A stretch of DNA of 63,176 nt, the filler included, from Octopus bimaculoides (taxonomy: Eukaryota), in the NCBI RefSeq assembly GCF_001194135.2. It is 7 parts of 6 records of this genome, joined end to end, with 100 filler letters (N's around TTAATTAATTAA, not from the genome) between each part and the next. Parts side by side here need not be neighbours in the genome. Positions count along the whole stretch, not along the records: positions 1 to 25,292 come from NC_068982.1; 6 more parts are not named here. The stretch is one strand, 5' to 3'. A model generated the notes under the pieces. It had not been told where the DNA came from. It searched no databases and was given only the letters and a program-made list of their open reading frames with translations. Shown here one piece after another: positions 11,259 to 24,983 of this stretch. Positions within the stretch are counted from its first letter, which is position 1; each line of letters begins with the position of its first letter. A program made the translations under genes and the position numbers.

Positions 11259-13580
11259 CCTAAATATATACATAAATTGTATATATGTGTGTGTGTAGGT
11301 ATACATATATATCCATATTTATATAGATAAATATATACACATATGCATACATGCATACATACATACATACGTATCAAAATTAATGACGTATCTATTTTAT
11401 GTGATAATGCGATTTGAATAACTTATGACTAAACACCTACATTTTGCCTGCTGGGAATATTCTTTAAAGAAAAATAGAAACAAAATTATTTTAACAATCT
11501 TTAAAGAAACATTTATGAAGTGGCTTCATATATATGTATATATGTATGTATATTTATAATAATAAGCTTTTAGATCAATAATTTTTGGTATTGATTCTTT
11601 AGTAGCAGTAAAATGACCAAATGCATAAGGTATCTACAGTTCGTTAATGGGTAAGAGTTTTGAAATGAAATTCTGATATTTTGTTATACATCAAAATCGT
11701 AAATACTAGAAAGTGTTAATTGTTTATAGTGGCATGAAATGCTGAGAGTGTTTAAAGAAACTTTAGATAATTTCAGTTGTTATTAGGGACGTAGCATTTA
11801 GCGTTTTGAGCTTTTGTACTTTGCTGGGCGTAAGGGGAAGCAGAAAGTGGTGATGTTGCCTTAATTATACAGGGGAGATTTAATCTGTTGACCGGTTTAA
11901 TACCACCATCTGGGACTTTGAGTACCTCTCGGTTAGTGTATTCTGTAGCAAGTTTTCGAGTGAAGTTTCTAATCATTACATTCTCCTCTCATCACACCCA
12001 CAAGACTTTGCCGCTTTGTCAAAATTATAAAAGAAATATATGAGAAGAAATGCAAATGGAAGTGTGACTTAATAGTGAAGGAGGGGATCTAGGGAGACGT
12101 GGGAAGAGAGAGAAGTGAAAAAGAGCATGGTAATGTGAGCAGATTAGTAACCGGTCGTCCAATGTGAACGAGAGGGAGGGAAAGCAGAAATTTAGAGAGA
12201 GAATATAGAATAGGGGAAAACCGTGTCCCAGAAAGCCTAAAGACAAAAACTGAAATTCGTGTTGAAAATGAAAGTTTGTCAGAAGAGCGAGAAGCAAAGA
12301 GCAAGCGTACCGAATAATATCTACAAAAACAGATTGAAGGTGAGAAAGAAAATCAAGTTGACAAATGTTACGATTTCAGATAATTCGTGTAGATGGAGAT
12401 GTATTGAATTATTTATTCAAAAACTCTTCATTAATTCAAGTTTGCCTCTTTGTGTTGCAAACAAAACTAAGACACAAAAATACTACAAACAGCAAGAGAC
12501 AAATATCAAAAACGTAGTCGTAACTGTTAGCGACTGTCAGAAGAAAGGAGATAATTTCTAGGAATTAAGAATGAATTTCACAGAATATGTAGTTTTTATT
12601 CTTATGGAATAAATTTTAGCTTTGCTTCATGGAAACGTGATGGTTGTGGGTATATTTTGATCTTATTTGTTTCATCAGCTACACATCATTTTATGAAGCC
12701 TATTTGATCACTGAGCAGAGACTTTTGAGAGCTGAAAAGAGTTAAGAACAATTTCGGCCGGTAGTAATTTGTGTAATTACAAGCAGTGAACTAAGGGAAA
12801 TTAACTCAAATGGTGTGAATTTAAATGATGAATTATCTAAATTGAAATTTTGCCTTTTAACTGTAGAAATCAAACAAAACTCCTAGAGGCATTTGTTAAT
12901 GACTCTTACAGAAAGAAGATGATTTCCGGAAATTGGGAAGTTATTTCACAGAGAATTTCAATATTATGCTAAAGGGAAAAGTTTGATCTCTCGTTACTAG
13001 ACAAAATTATAGCTACACAGAAATTTCGAAATAAATCCACTCATACATCTATACACCACCACAAATACAATTATTGAAATTTAATTGAACAGAATATTCT
13101 TTAGTGTGAATGAAGAGCAAGGATGAAAGATGGAAAATACGATTATATACAAATATATATATACCCCTCTTTAATGCACCCGCACATGGCCGTGTCATAA
13201 AAGTACACGTTGATATATATACGCAATCATAAAGATTCATGGCTAAAACTCAATGTATCAAGTGATGGCAGTACTTATTAATCGATTAAAGACAAAGTTG
13301 CACTGATAACATAACTATGAACTGGATAATTTGTTAAACTTGTCAGAGCGTCGGACAATAATGCGTTGTGGTATTTATTTAAGACTTTTCAGCAATTTTA
13401 CGCTAAGTCCACCTTCAGATTGACCCACAATACAGCCTCTTTGAAATTCGAACAGCTCCAAGGCTTCTTTTGTATGTGGCATGATCAAACAGTTACATAT
13501 AGTACCGGAAACATAGCGTCAATTAATAAAAAATATAAACCTTTTCAAGTTAGTCTATTTACTTCAGTCATGTCTATGTG

Positions 13581-13641
<61 letters not shown>

Positions 13642-14489
13642 NNNNNNNNNNNNNNNNNNNNNNNNNNNNNNNNNNNNNNNNNNNNNNNNNNNNNNNNNNN
13701 NNNNNNNNNNNNNNNNNNNNNNNNNNNNNNNNNNNNNNNNNNNNNNNNNNNNNNNNNNNNNNNNNNNNNNNNNNNNNNNNNNNNNNNNNNNNNNNNNNNN
13801 NNNNNNNNNNNNNNNNNNNNNNNNNNNNNNNNNNNNNNNNNNNNNNNNNNNNNNNNNNNNNNNNNNNNNNNNNNNNNNNNNNNNNNNNNNNNNNNNNNNN
13901 NNNNNNTATATATATATATATATTCTTGTAAGAAAAAGAAAATGGAGAAATTGATATATACACAATAATTTATTTGCAAAACAAATATATAAACGGAACA
14001 TTCATAAGTTATTAATCATATATTCTCGAGCTACCTGCCTGGATTAAAGTTTCAGTAAACTATATATAATATATACTACCGTTACCTGTATATAAAACCT
14101 TATATTCATATTAACCATTTAATTTATGTTTTAATATGTATACGAAATCTGTTAAGACGTATTTAATCGTTTTAGTTACAGATGTAAACATATTAATCAT
14201 GAGATACTGCCTGGTTCAAGGTTCTAATAATCTTACGATTATATCTATATTATTTTTTAAGCTACAACCATGTGGTTGGGAAACAAACTCCGTTGAAATT
14301 GTTGATTTTTAACCCAAGACAACTTTGTTCATCAGTAACTATAATCAAAAGCTTTCCAGCTTTGACCAACCAAACATTGCAAACGTTTCGTTTATGTACA
14401 AAATCAGTTTTGGTGATCAGTGGAGACGTGGTTACAATCGGTCCAATACAGCACGATTTCTTAATGGTAATTATTTCTTATTGTTGTAT

Positions 14490-14640
14490 TGGAATCATCA
14501 TCATCATCATCATCGTCGTCGTCGTCGTCGTTATTGACATCGTCATCATCGTCGTCGGCGGTGTAGACGGCGGCGAAGGCGGTATCATAGCCATCGTCAT
14601 CGTCATCATCATCATCATCACCATCGTCATATTTATAATT
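14490..14640. repeat. (CAT/CGT)n compound trinucleotide repeat
   Basis: Visible units. Confidence 0.9.
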
Positions 14641-15227
14641 GTTGAAGATTGTGGATTGAAAATCATGGATCATTTTAATGCTAATAAGCATCGTTAACTA
14701 TGGATTGGTTATAAAAGCGTACATCGATGTGGACATCAAGTACCAATTCTTTTCATGATATACATCCATTGAGTGTAAATTGGTGTGAACTGAAGAAGCT
14801 TTGACTGCCATTTCTAGACAGAAATTAACTACCATATAAAGGCTCCTACTTAGAGTAATGGCAAAGTTCACGGATTTCCATTCCATAATCTCCCATATAA
14901 ACAGAAGTGTTATATGATGTCGAAATCGTCATCTCTCAACTCTCATGTTTTCAACGTTTTCTTGCAGCAGCATTTATTGTTGTTGTAGTTCTCAGATGAT
15001 GTTGTTGTTATTATTGCTGTTTTATTTTGTTTCAATTTGTGTTTATCGATATTTCTTTATATTTGTTAATTTTTTGTTTCACTTTTTTTTTTTGCTTTAT
15101 TAGTTTATTTAATTGTAATGTAACACATTTTTACAAAAAAATTCATAATTCCTATTGATTTTTTTGTTATGCATATGTGTCAATGCATATATGTGTGTGC
15201 ACATTTATATGAATTATACATATATAT

Positions 15228-15263
<36 letters not shown>

Positions 15264-15300
15264 ACACACACACACACATACACATATATATATATATATA

Positions 15301-15358
<58 letters not shown>

Positions 15359-15984
15359 CATATATATATATATGCATGTATGTATTTATGTGTAACACTA
15401 TATCTAGACTTATATATGTGTATGTGCATTTGTGCATGTGTATGTGTGCATATGTGTATAGTTTGTGTGTATGTGTTTGTGAGTGTGTCTTTGCCTATAA
15501 TAACTTCGATGTTTATATCCTGAGTTGCTTTTGCAGTGGTGTGTTTTGTAAATGTTTTTTTATGATGTATGTGTTTATATTTCATGTATCTATCAGTATT
15601 TGTGTATGCATGTGTGTATGTATGTATGTTTACGTATGCATTTGTGCTTCGAATTGTTTCATTCATTATATTATATTACATATATTATATTATATTATAT
15701 TATATTATATTATATTATATTACATTTTTTTAATAATATATTGTATTGTATTTGATTTATCGTATTATATTTTATGTATTACTTGTTTGCTGTTCCATTC
15801 TAACGATTAATTTTTATCTCGAGAATGATAACGATTCACGCTTATCATGGTTGGAGCAGGGTCATTTATGAAGGGAAATGATGTTAATTGTTTGAAGATA
15901 CGGACAAGAGTGTAAGGACGAAAACGTGATGTAAAATTCAAAATGACGGTTGGTTTGAGTTTGTGTCAGTGCTTCAGATCGATT

Positions 15985-16296
15985 TTGTGCGAGGAGAGAG
16001 AGACAGAGAGAGGCACAGGTTGGTAGAAACGGGAAGAGAGATAAATATGGAGAGGTCGAGAGAAGGGTAGAAAGCGAGAGAGAGGTAGAAAGACAGGGGT
16101 AGAAAGAGAGAGTAGAGAGAGACGAGAGAGGGTAGAGAGAGACTGGAGAGGGTAGAGAGTGAAGGCGGAGGGAGGCATGTTGAGAGAAGTAGAGAGATGG
16201 GTGCAAGCAGTGTAAGTAAAGAGGAAGAAAGCAACAGAGAGGGAGAGAGGGGTAGAGAGAAGCAACCATAGACAAATGTAGAAGGAAGAAAGAAGT

Positions 16297-16365
<69 letters not shown>

Positions 16366-16880
16366 GATAGGAAAGAGGGAACGATAGAGAGAAAGGTAGA
16401 GGAAGAGGAATAGTGAGAGAGAAGTAGATAGAGAAATAGATGGAGAGAGACTATGTGTATGAGAAACAGAAGAAACAGTAAAGAAGATCAGAGAGTGTAC
16501 ATGAGACTGTGTGTGAGTGAGTAGCCATCTTTGTGTGTGACAGAGAGGGAGAGAGAGGCAGGGAAAAACAAAGCGGAACAAAAGAGAAGAAAAAGTGAGA
16601 GCGCATATATAAGGAAGTGTGTGCGAGAGAATATCTATAGGAGAGAGGGAGAGAGAGGGAGAGTGTGTGTGTCTGTTTGTGTGTGTGTCTGTTTGTGTGT
16701 GTGTCTGTTTGTGTGTCTGTGTGCTTATATAAGAAACTGTAAATGAGAACAAATGCGTGAGATATGGAGAGACAGAAATAAAAATAGACGATAAGAAAGA
16801 GAGAGAGTAAGTGAGAGGACAGCATAGAAAAAGAAAACAGGTAAGAAAGAGAAATGAAGAGAAAGAGAGAGAGAGAGGGA
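15985..16880. repeat. Purine-rich (GA)-type low-complexity tract
   Basis: Strong A/G strand bias with (GA)n and (GATA)n cores. Confidence 0.9.
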
Positions 16881-17821
16881 ATATTTTGATCGAGTATTTT
16901 ATTCGCTTTCATTGCTTTAGTTTTTGTTTTAAGTGATAACCAATATATTTCATTATTCGATTGCGAAATTTTAGAGCTGGTTTCACATACGATACGTGAC
17001 CTTAGAGTGGTTCCACAACGTCACGGAAAGAAAACTTTGACCAAGAATTTCATACATATATATATATATATAATGTATGTATGTGTATATGTATGTATGT
17101 ATGGATGGATGTTTTATGTACGTATGTACGTATGTATGTATGTATTGTGTGCGATGGTAAGAGAGGGGAAAAGGATGCGGGTGATGTTAGAGGAATGGAA
17201 ACGGCTCACAGTGTGATACATGAAGGTGAAGTAATATTACGAAGCATGTTGAAATGTATGTAAGAGAATATTCTAATGTGAATTTACATTAGAATGGGAA
17301 ATTAGCTTGCATGTTATTTTAAAGAAGAAATGCGAAAAAGAAAACAAAGAAAAGAGAGACAGACAGACAGATAGGCAAGTCACGAGATTGATATGGTGGG
17401 AAAGACAAAAAAGAATTCTACAATATGAGACGAACTGTACTATAGGGGGAAAGCGATGAATCAAGAAAACCAATCAAACATTTTAAATGATCATAATTAA
17501 GACGAATATAAAAAGAAAAATCGAAGGTCTCAAAATATATTCTTAAAAAAAACACACTGGAAGCATTAAATAAATAAATAAACAATAGCAAAATCAATCC
17601 TTTCCCAAATGAAGTGGCCATTCCAGCACAGAAAAAGAAACGCAAAACCTACAAAAGAGCACATCTCTCTGCAGAACACAAGCAGAATATAAAAAGACAA
17701 TTCTCGATATTGCATATAAAGAAGCATGCTACACCAGCAGATTACACACGTAATATATACGAATGTCTGCACATGTAGACATATACTAACGCACACATAC
17801 ATATGTATGTGTTTGTGTGTG

Positions 17822-17856
<35 letters not shown>

Positions 17857-18005
17857 GTATACATGTGTATGCGTATGCTTGTGCATGTCTGCCTCTTCTG
17901 ACTACGTCTACTCCGCTCGATGCGGTTGTAGACTGAATGAAGTAAAATAACGTAACAATATAAAACGTTGTGCTGCGTAACTTCCACCTCTCACTCTATC
18001 CCCAT

Positions 18006-18096
18006 ATACATACATACATACATGCATACATGCATACATAAATACATACATACATACATACATACATACATACATACATACATACATACATACATA
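18006..18096. repeat. (TACA)n microsatellite abutting the 5' junction of a LINE
   Basis: Visible tandem array. Confidence 0.97.
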
Positions 18097-19942
18097 AGAA
18101 AGGAGATAGAAATGATGTTTGGAGAAGGCAGAAAGAAGGCTCTCACTTGCAAACTGAGTGCCGTCAAGCAGGAGCTAAAAGCTGTCAGTAAGAAACCCCG
18201 ACATCGGAAGAGAATAACCGAGAGAAATGCAATAAACAAAAAATTTAACCGGAACCAGGCGGCAGTATACAAAGACATAAGATGAGGAGCAGTGAACATC
18301 ACAGAAGCTCTTTCATGAGAAGACATAGACTCCTTCTGGAGGATAATCTGGAGTGAAGAGAAGGAGTTTAATCAAGATGCTCTGTGGCTGGAAGAAATCA
18401 AAAGACGTTGTTGCTCGTGCGTTACACTCAAGATATACAGCATTGATGTTGATACTCTTGCAACTGCGATCCAGAAACTCCAGGATGGAAAAGCACCCGG
18501 AAGAGACTTGTTTGTTGGATATTGGTGAAAGAAGTTAACCTTCTACCAACCATATTTTACTAATCTGTACCAGCAAGCTCCCAGTAGGAACAGTAGCATA
18601 CCGCACTGGTTGACTATGGCAGAGACAAAATTGATCTCGAAATGCAGAACCACCCACAGGGCAAAATACTACCGGCCAATTTCATGCCAGAACTTAATGT
18701 ATAAGATATATACAGCATGCTTGAACCTTTTCCTCCATGGCCATTATGAAACCAGTAACATCATCAGAGCAGAACAAGCAGCTAGGAAGAAGAGATTCTG
18801 GAGATATGCTGAGCAATTGTTAATCAATTGTTAATCAGCAATGCGAGAGCATAGGAGGAACCTGGTTTCAATGTGGCTTGACTACTGTCCCCCTCTCATG
18901 GATGCTTGATAAAGTCCCAGTGAGCATAGCCAAGGTCATAGCTGACCTGACTTCATCGTTGGCCACCATCTTCAAATTAAACACAAGTTGACCAATTTTG
19001 CATACATGAAGCTGATAGCATCATAAGACTTGGAAAGCAGCTCCTTATTCTTTGTCTGTTAACCTTAAATAAATGCCCCCAAGAAGTTGCACGACTCTGC
19101 CGCAACGTATCATCAGAGGAAAGGATGAGCATATATGAGCAGAAGATTATGCATGGATATGTTAGTAGAAAGCTCCGAGATGATAGTAACATTGATCATG
19201 AAAGCAGTCTATCATGGACCAATAACTGGATTACTACCTCCCGCTTCGAAGAGTATGCGTTTGCAATCCAGGTACTCGAAATATCAACCAAATACCTGAT
19301 GTACAAAAGGGATAGATATGCAGGAAAAGCAGTAAGATGTGACAATCGATGCAGACTTTGTAGAGTTAACACCGAAGATATCACCCACGTCATAAGCACT
19401 TGTCCAAAAATGTTATCGCGGTATTATCTACCGATGAGACATGATCTTGTAGCTAAGATACTCTATAATGTAATCCGTCGGAAGGATAAACCCGAGGACA
19501 AAGAAATAAGAACCCACAATATGGTAGAAACCATAGCCACTCATAATAAAAAGGTGTACTAATGGAATGTTCCAGTGAAAACCTCAATAACATGTAAGCA
19601 CAACTAACCTGATATAATGATTTGGGATAGAGAAGAGAATCTGTGCACAGTTGTAGAAATTAGCTGCCCTGTGGATGTTAACATAAAGCTGAAGATCAGT
19701 GAAAAAGAGAATACCTACGCTGAACTTTTGAGAAATCTGCAGTTACTCTATCCAGATTACAAGTTCGGGTTTATACCTGTAATTATTGGAGCCCTGAATA
19801 TGTAACACACTGCCTAAATACCAATGTTGAGAAATTAGGCTTCTCAAAACCAGAAAGGAGAAAGCTAATTCGAAGACTACAGAGCCAATCCATCATTGGA
19901 ATTGCAAAACTCTGTAAAACTTTCCAGGAGTTTATCATTTAA
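18097..19942 (+). mobile_element. Decayed R4/Dong-type non-LTR retrotransposon, subfamily B, internally deleted
   Basis: RT N-terminal motifs FWRIIWS, GKAPGRD, YRPISCQNLMYKIYTAC, EQAARKK and WLDY. Then directly C-terminal motifs TSRFEEYAFAIQ, CCHC CRLCRVNTEDITHVISTC...RHD, REL motif PDIMIWD...VEISCP and PVIIGAL, with stop at 19940-19942. Many stops and frameshifts. Confidence 0.95.
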
Positions 19943-20449
19943 ATATATATGAGCATGTGTAGATATGCAACTATATGCATGACAATACATACATAAAGCA
20001 AAACATACAAATTTGCACAAATACATACATACGCACATGCATATATACATATAAACAAAAATTTGAGAGTACTAATAATTAAATAATTTTAATTTACCCA
20101 AATTTACTATTCAAATACTATACTGAAGACGGAAATAAGTGAGTAAAAATAAAATTTTACATCTCTTTAATCCAGAAACGCCTATGTAGTTGATCAAAGC
20201 CGGGTGAATTCGTTATTTTGCTCTTTACCTACGTGAATTGGGAGTATAGCTGTCTGGGAGTTATCTTAATCTAAATTTCGGTATGTGGTGAAGCAATTTT
20301 GCTGAACACTAATTATGATTATTCTTATAATTATAGAACTTTTGTAGAAGGTTACCGATAAAGGTTATTTTAACATACCGAACTACTTGGTAAAATTATT
20401 AGTTAATTATTAATTAATTAATTAGTTTTACCCTTTATCATTATTGAAA

Positions 20450-20800
20450 TATATATATATAATTTAGAGAAAAGAACCAAAGTTGCTCCTTTCGTTTCCT
20501 AGAGAAGCGGGGTCCGTGGTGCAAGGCCATGCCACACACTGATAAATCTGCAATAGAATGATTCATAGTGTTGAAGTGGGTGGCGACAGGTTGGTCTGGC
20601 TTACGTAGCATTATGCTTCTGATGTGTTCGCGAAAGCGATCTCCAAGGCGTCGCCCTGTTTTTCCAATGTAAAGAGTACCGCAGAGTTTGCATATTATGC
20701 AATATATGAGATTCGCCGAAGCGCAACAGAAGTGGCGTGTTATGTGATATTGCTTCTGACTAAGTGAAGACATCTTGCGAAAACTTCATTTTTAAAGTTA
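20450..20800 (-). mobile_element. Penelope-like element, GIY-YIG endonuclease fragment
   Basis: ORF 20441-20773: FCCASANLIYCIICKLCGTLYIGKTGRRLGDRFREH...PVATHFN..NHSIADL...RKRKEQ. This is the Penelope-type GIY-YIG pattern with CxxC between the two motifs. Confidence 0.9.
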
Positions 20801-21558
20801 GGGCAGATATTAAACGCAGTCTTCACATGTTGTCAGATAACTATTCCTGGTAGACAAGTCGTGGAAATATAGAAGTAAAATTTATGCCGGTAGAGATGCC
20901 ACAGAATTCCTACAGTGGACGGGTACTTATGGACAGTGAGATGATAGAGGAATTGACTAGCTGCTCGGCCGTTCAGCTTGTAATATAAAACTTAGGATAC
21001 ATTTTAAAAGTATAATATTCTTTTCTGTAAAATATTTGATACATATCCACTATCTTTAGTATTAAATCAATTCCTGTAGAACAAATTCGACTTCAAATAC
21101 GAAATTTATTTACAAACTTTCTGCAAGATATCGCCTATAGCTATTGTTTTTCTTTACTTTTTTCTTTCTTTCTTTTTTTTTATAGTAAAGTAGTAAATCT
21201 ATACCATGTTTGATTTTTATATGGAATTGATACAGACGATAACAAATTTGTCCAGAGATGAGTCCAGGATATATGTCTTCGGTGGGGGTTGAAAAAAGAT
21301 TAAAATTACAATCTATGTTACAAGACATATCCCCCCAAAATATATCTTGTTTCAGTCATTAAACTGCGATCTTGCCGAGCAGCCACCTTAAAGATTTTAA
21401 TCGAACAAACCATCTCCAATATTTATGTTTTAAAATTGACACTTATTCTATCGGAGTCTTTTGCCGAACCACTGGCTTATGAGTCGTAAACAAGCCAATA
21501 TACGTTATCAACTTACACGCAAATACGCTCGCACGCGCACACAGATGCACGCACAAAC

Positions 21559-21635
<77 letters not shown>

Positions 21636-21639
21636 TAAT

Positions 21640-21797
21640 ATGACGGGCTTCCACGCTGTTTCCAGTTGCAATATTCACTCACAAGGCATCATGGTCTCAG
21701 GACTACAGTGGCACTTGCCCAAGGTGCTGTAGCGTGAAACAGAACATGTGACTACGTGGCTGTGAAGCGAGCTTCTTAACTATACAGCAATTCTGCG
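21640..21797 (-). mobile_element. SINE family 1, 5' half
   Basis: Reverse complement has the head and CACCTTGGGCAAGTGCC core followed by GCCTTGTGAGTGAAT. Confidence 0.75.
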
Positions 21798-22198
21798 CTT
21801 CTAATAAGAAGAAACATACTAAAGATTTAAATATGATGCTTATTATCAGAGTTGCTGTGCAGTGCGACCCATTTTCACTATTTCTGGTTTGCTTTTTTTT
21901 TTTTTTTTCTTGGGTAAACTCAGAAAGTGAGAATTCTATCTATGAAAATATAACGAAAAGATAAATACTTTCGCATTATAAATCCATAAATTAAGCAATC
22001 AATCAGAATCTGCGATCTTTGAGGATTTTTTTTTCCTCTTTGATGTGTAGTGTCATGAACAATTGTAGCGCTTTATCTTTATATTCATCAAACATTATTT
22101 CAGATGCTGACGTATACCAATCTATCGTAATCATAAATTCATTCTTTGTATTAATAACTTCAGTATTGCTAAGTCATTATTCTAAGAATAGGAACCAG

Positions 22199-22420
22199 AT
22201 ATCTTTTATCTTTTATCGTTTACTTGTTTTAGTAATTTGACTGTATCCATGCTGGAGCACCGCCTTCAAGGGATTTAGTAGTACAAATCGACTCCAGGGT
22301 TTTTTAAGCCAGATACTTATTGTACTGGTCTCTTTTTGCCGAACCGTTAGGTTACAGGGAAGTAAACACACCAGTATCAGTTGTCAAGCGTTGAAGCGAG
22401 AAAACATGACATAAAGACAC
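22199..22420 (-). mobile_element. SINE family 1, 3' half
   Basis: Reverse complement contains GGCGGTGCTCCAGCATGGATACAGTC and the (ATAAAAG) tail. Bounded by (GT)n. Confidence 0.8.
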
Positions 22421-22433
22421 ATACATATATACT

Positions 22434-22493
<60 letters not shown>

Positions 22494-22759
22494 ATTATAT
22501 GCGGTTGCTGTTGGTTAGCTCTTGGTCAGTCCTTACAAATAAGACGTGTGTTTAAAAGTATTTGAACCAGAACTAAATACATTATAAACTACGTTCTTTC
22601 CTTTCTTGAAATAACACGATGTGATTTGAGAAACTCACATAACCACGTAGATGTTGTCTTAACTGACTGAAAGTAAATGTAGAAATGGTATGTGTTGTCA
22701 TTCAAAGAGCATTAGCTGTCTATGATAAATGAAGGAATCAATAACTGCTGGTAAATATA

Positions 22760-22974
22760 CTTTCCTACTCTAGGTACAAGGCCCGAAATTTTGGGGGAGG
22801 GGGGCCAGTCGATTAGATCGACCCCAATACGTAACTGGTATTTAATTTATCGACCTCGAAAGGATGAAAGACAAAGTCGACCTCGGCGAAAGTTGAACTC
22901 AGAACGTAGCGGCAGATGAAATACCGCTAAGCATTTTGCCCGGTGTGCTAACGTTTCTGCCAGCTCACCACTTT
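22760..22974 (-). mobile_element. SINE family 2, full length, with degenerate 16-bp TSD
   Basis: High similarity to other copies. Flanks ACTGCTGGTAAATATA (22744-22759) and ACAGCAGGTAAATATA (22975-22990) match 14/16. Confidence 0.92.
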
Positions 22975-24487
22975 ACAGCAGGTAAATATAAGCAAAATCT
23001 ATGGTCTCAAAGGTTCAAAACTATATAAGGTTCAAAACTATATTTCTAAGAGGAGAGATCGTATGATGAATTGGGTCTACTCCAATATATTTGTTGGTAT
23101 ATATTTTATCACTATTGAAACGTGGTGAAAAATAAAATCAACCTCGGTTAACTTTGATCTTGAGACAATAAGGCAAAGAAATGTATTAAAGTTTTTGGTC
23201 AGGCTCTCAATAGTTTGCACCAACACTTCCACTCTGAATTACAAATAGATTAACAGATCAACGAAGGAACTTGTACGGGGTTAATCGATATAATAGAAAA
23301 AAACAGCTAAACCTTCCTCATATCACACTCTCTTTGTTATCGTAAGAAAAATGAAGGAAGGATGAAGCAGATATTTTTCTAAAAAAACTCCTTTAACGGA
23401 TGATCTTGGCTTCAAATATTTGTGATTGATTGCATATCTGCTTGAACCGACACTAAACGACAAGTATTAAATCGATCTAACGAAGATAATTCAATGTGAA
23501 TCTCCTAAAAATAGCAGTCAAACCTCTCTTTAAATACCACCTCACTGTCTTAAGACACATTGGGTAATGTGTCTTAAAATAAAATGCAATAATCATGACT
23601 AGTGAACTTTTGAGCATAGGTCTGCTGGTTTAGAGCTAACAGCAACAAAAATAACAACAAACAGATCAGACCAATGAATTGTCTTTCCGGTCGATTGACC
23701 AGCTAAACGTAGCCATCGAACGCATTCAAAATACACGTTAACGTCGTAAATGGAAAATGATAGAGTCTGAAAAGAAAGTGCGGATTGACCAGGTCTGGAA
23801 CTTCTCCCTTGAATATATGAGCAAGTAAGTGAGGAAATAACTATTACCAATAGATAAATATTTTTTATAAAAATCGAATGATTGGATGTGGATAAACTAT
23901 AGTCATTGGAGAAAAAAATTCGATTTAAACTGTGAGACTGAACACCGATCGTTGCAGCACTGGAACTGGTCTTGAAAACAAACTACATCAAACGGTATGT
24001 ATATAAAACCATTGAATTAAAAACATAACATTACGTATAATGTTCAGCAAAACCAAAAAAAGCGATGTTGAATAATATAAGTAAATGCATCAAATTAAGA
24101 AAATAAGAGAAGGCATGGTAATGTTGATCGGATCGACCACAGGGAATTGTAAAGAATATATAACTTAGAGGGGATACAGAAGTAGTATAAATGGTATAAA
24201 ACGCAAGCTACTTTAAAGACATTAATATCTTCTGGGATTTCGCAATCAAACGAGACCAAAGAATATTAACTAAAATAAGTGGATGGTTTGGAAGTAAACA
24301 AACAAAAGAATTTAAATTAACATTGCAATAACTTAAACATTAGAGTCGAAATAAAAAAAATGAGAAATATGGAGAAGTGTCAGAATTTAAAGAGAGAATT
24401 TCTAAATAGAGATTCGCTGGTAATGATGGAGTCTCTATGTGGTTGTTCAACCTGATAAATACAGCATTCCAATATGTTATTATTATT

Positions 24488-24947
24488 GAGAGAGCAGTGC
24501 ATGCCATCAAAGTGACTCTGGGGTAAAATATACGGAGCCCGGTATACACATCATGACTACTCGTCTGATAAGAGTACACCAAGCATATGCATCACAACCA
24601 TATGTGCAAGACATGGAGATCTCATATCAAGATAAACAGTGCATGATTTTTCAGGTGGGATCCAGTGAGAATTTTCTTCAGGTTGAGTAGCCCATCCCGC
24701 TCAAAAGGTCCCTGAATAAGGTTCGTTTAAAGATGTTGAGCAAAACACCCATGTTTCCAGAGGTGAATTATTCAAACTCGAAAGAATTCCTCTCAACGCA
24801 TGGCTATGATGCTCCCCCACTAATTCTGCTCGTGATCAGATATGCACATATCGTCAGCCACTAAGAGACATGCTCAACTGGTTAAGGTCAAGCAACTGAC
24901 AAGCAAATCTGTGGTATTGAGCAGAATATTTGCTACTGCCCATCTTT
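24488..24947 (-). mobile_element. Unclassified interspersed repeat X (~460 bp) ending in an (AAT)n tail
   Basis: Its 3'-most ~95 bp match 55053-55146 (TGGTGTACTCTTATCAGACG...GGCATGCA.TGCTCTCTC then AAT repeats). No coding motif found. Confidence 0.6.
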
Positions 24948-24983
24948 TAATTATTATTATTATAATAATTATTATTATTATTG

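Noticed and set aside
11875-11933. GRFNLLTGLIPPSGT resembling the ABC-transporter segment after Walker A
   Set aside because: No Walker A (GKT) upstream and only a short match; likely chance.
20120-20225. CTGAAGA...GAAAC as a possible Penelope hammerhead ribozyme
   Set aside because: Stems I and II do not pair properly, and it is on the opposite strand to the Penelope ORF.
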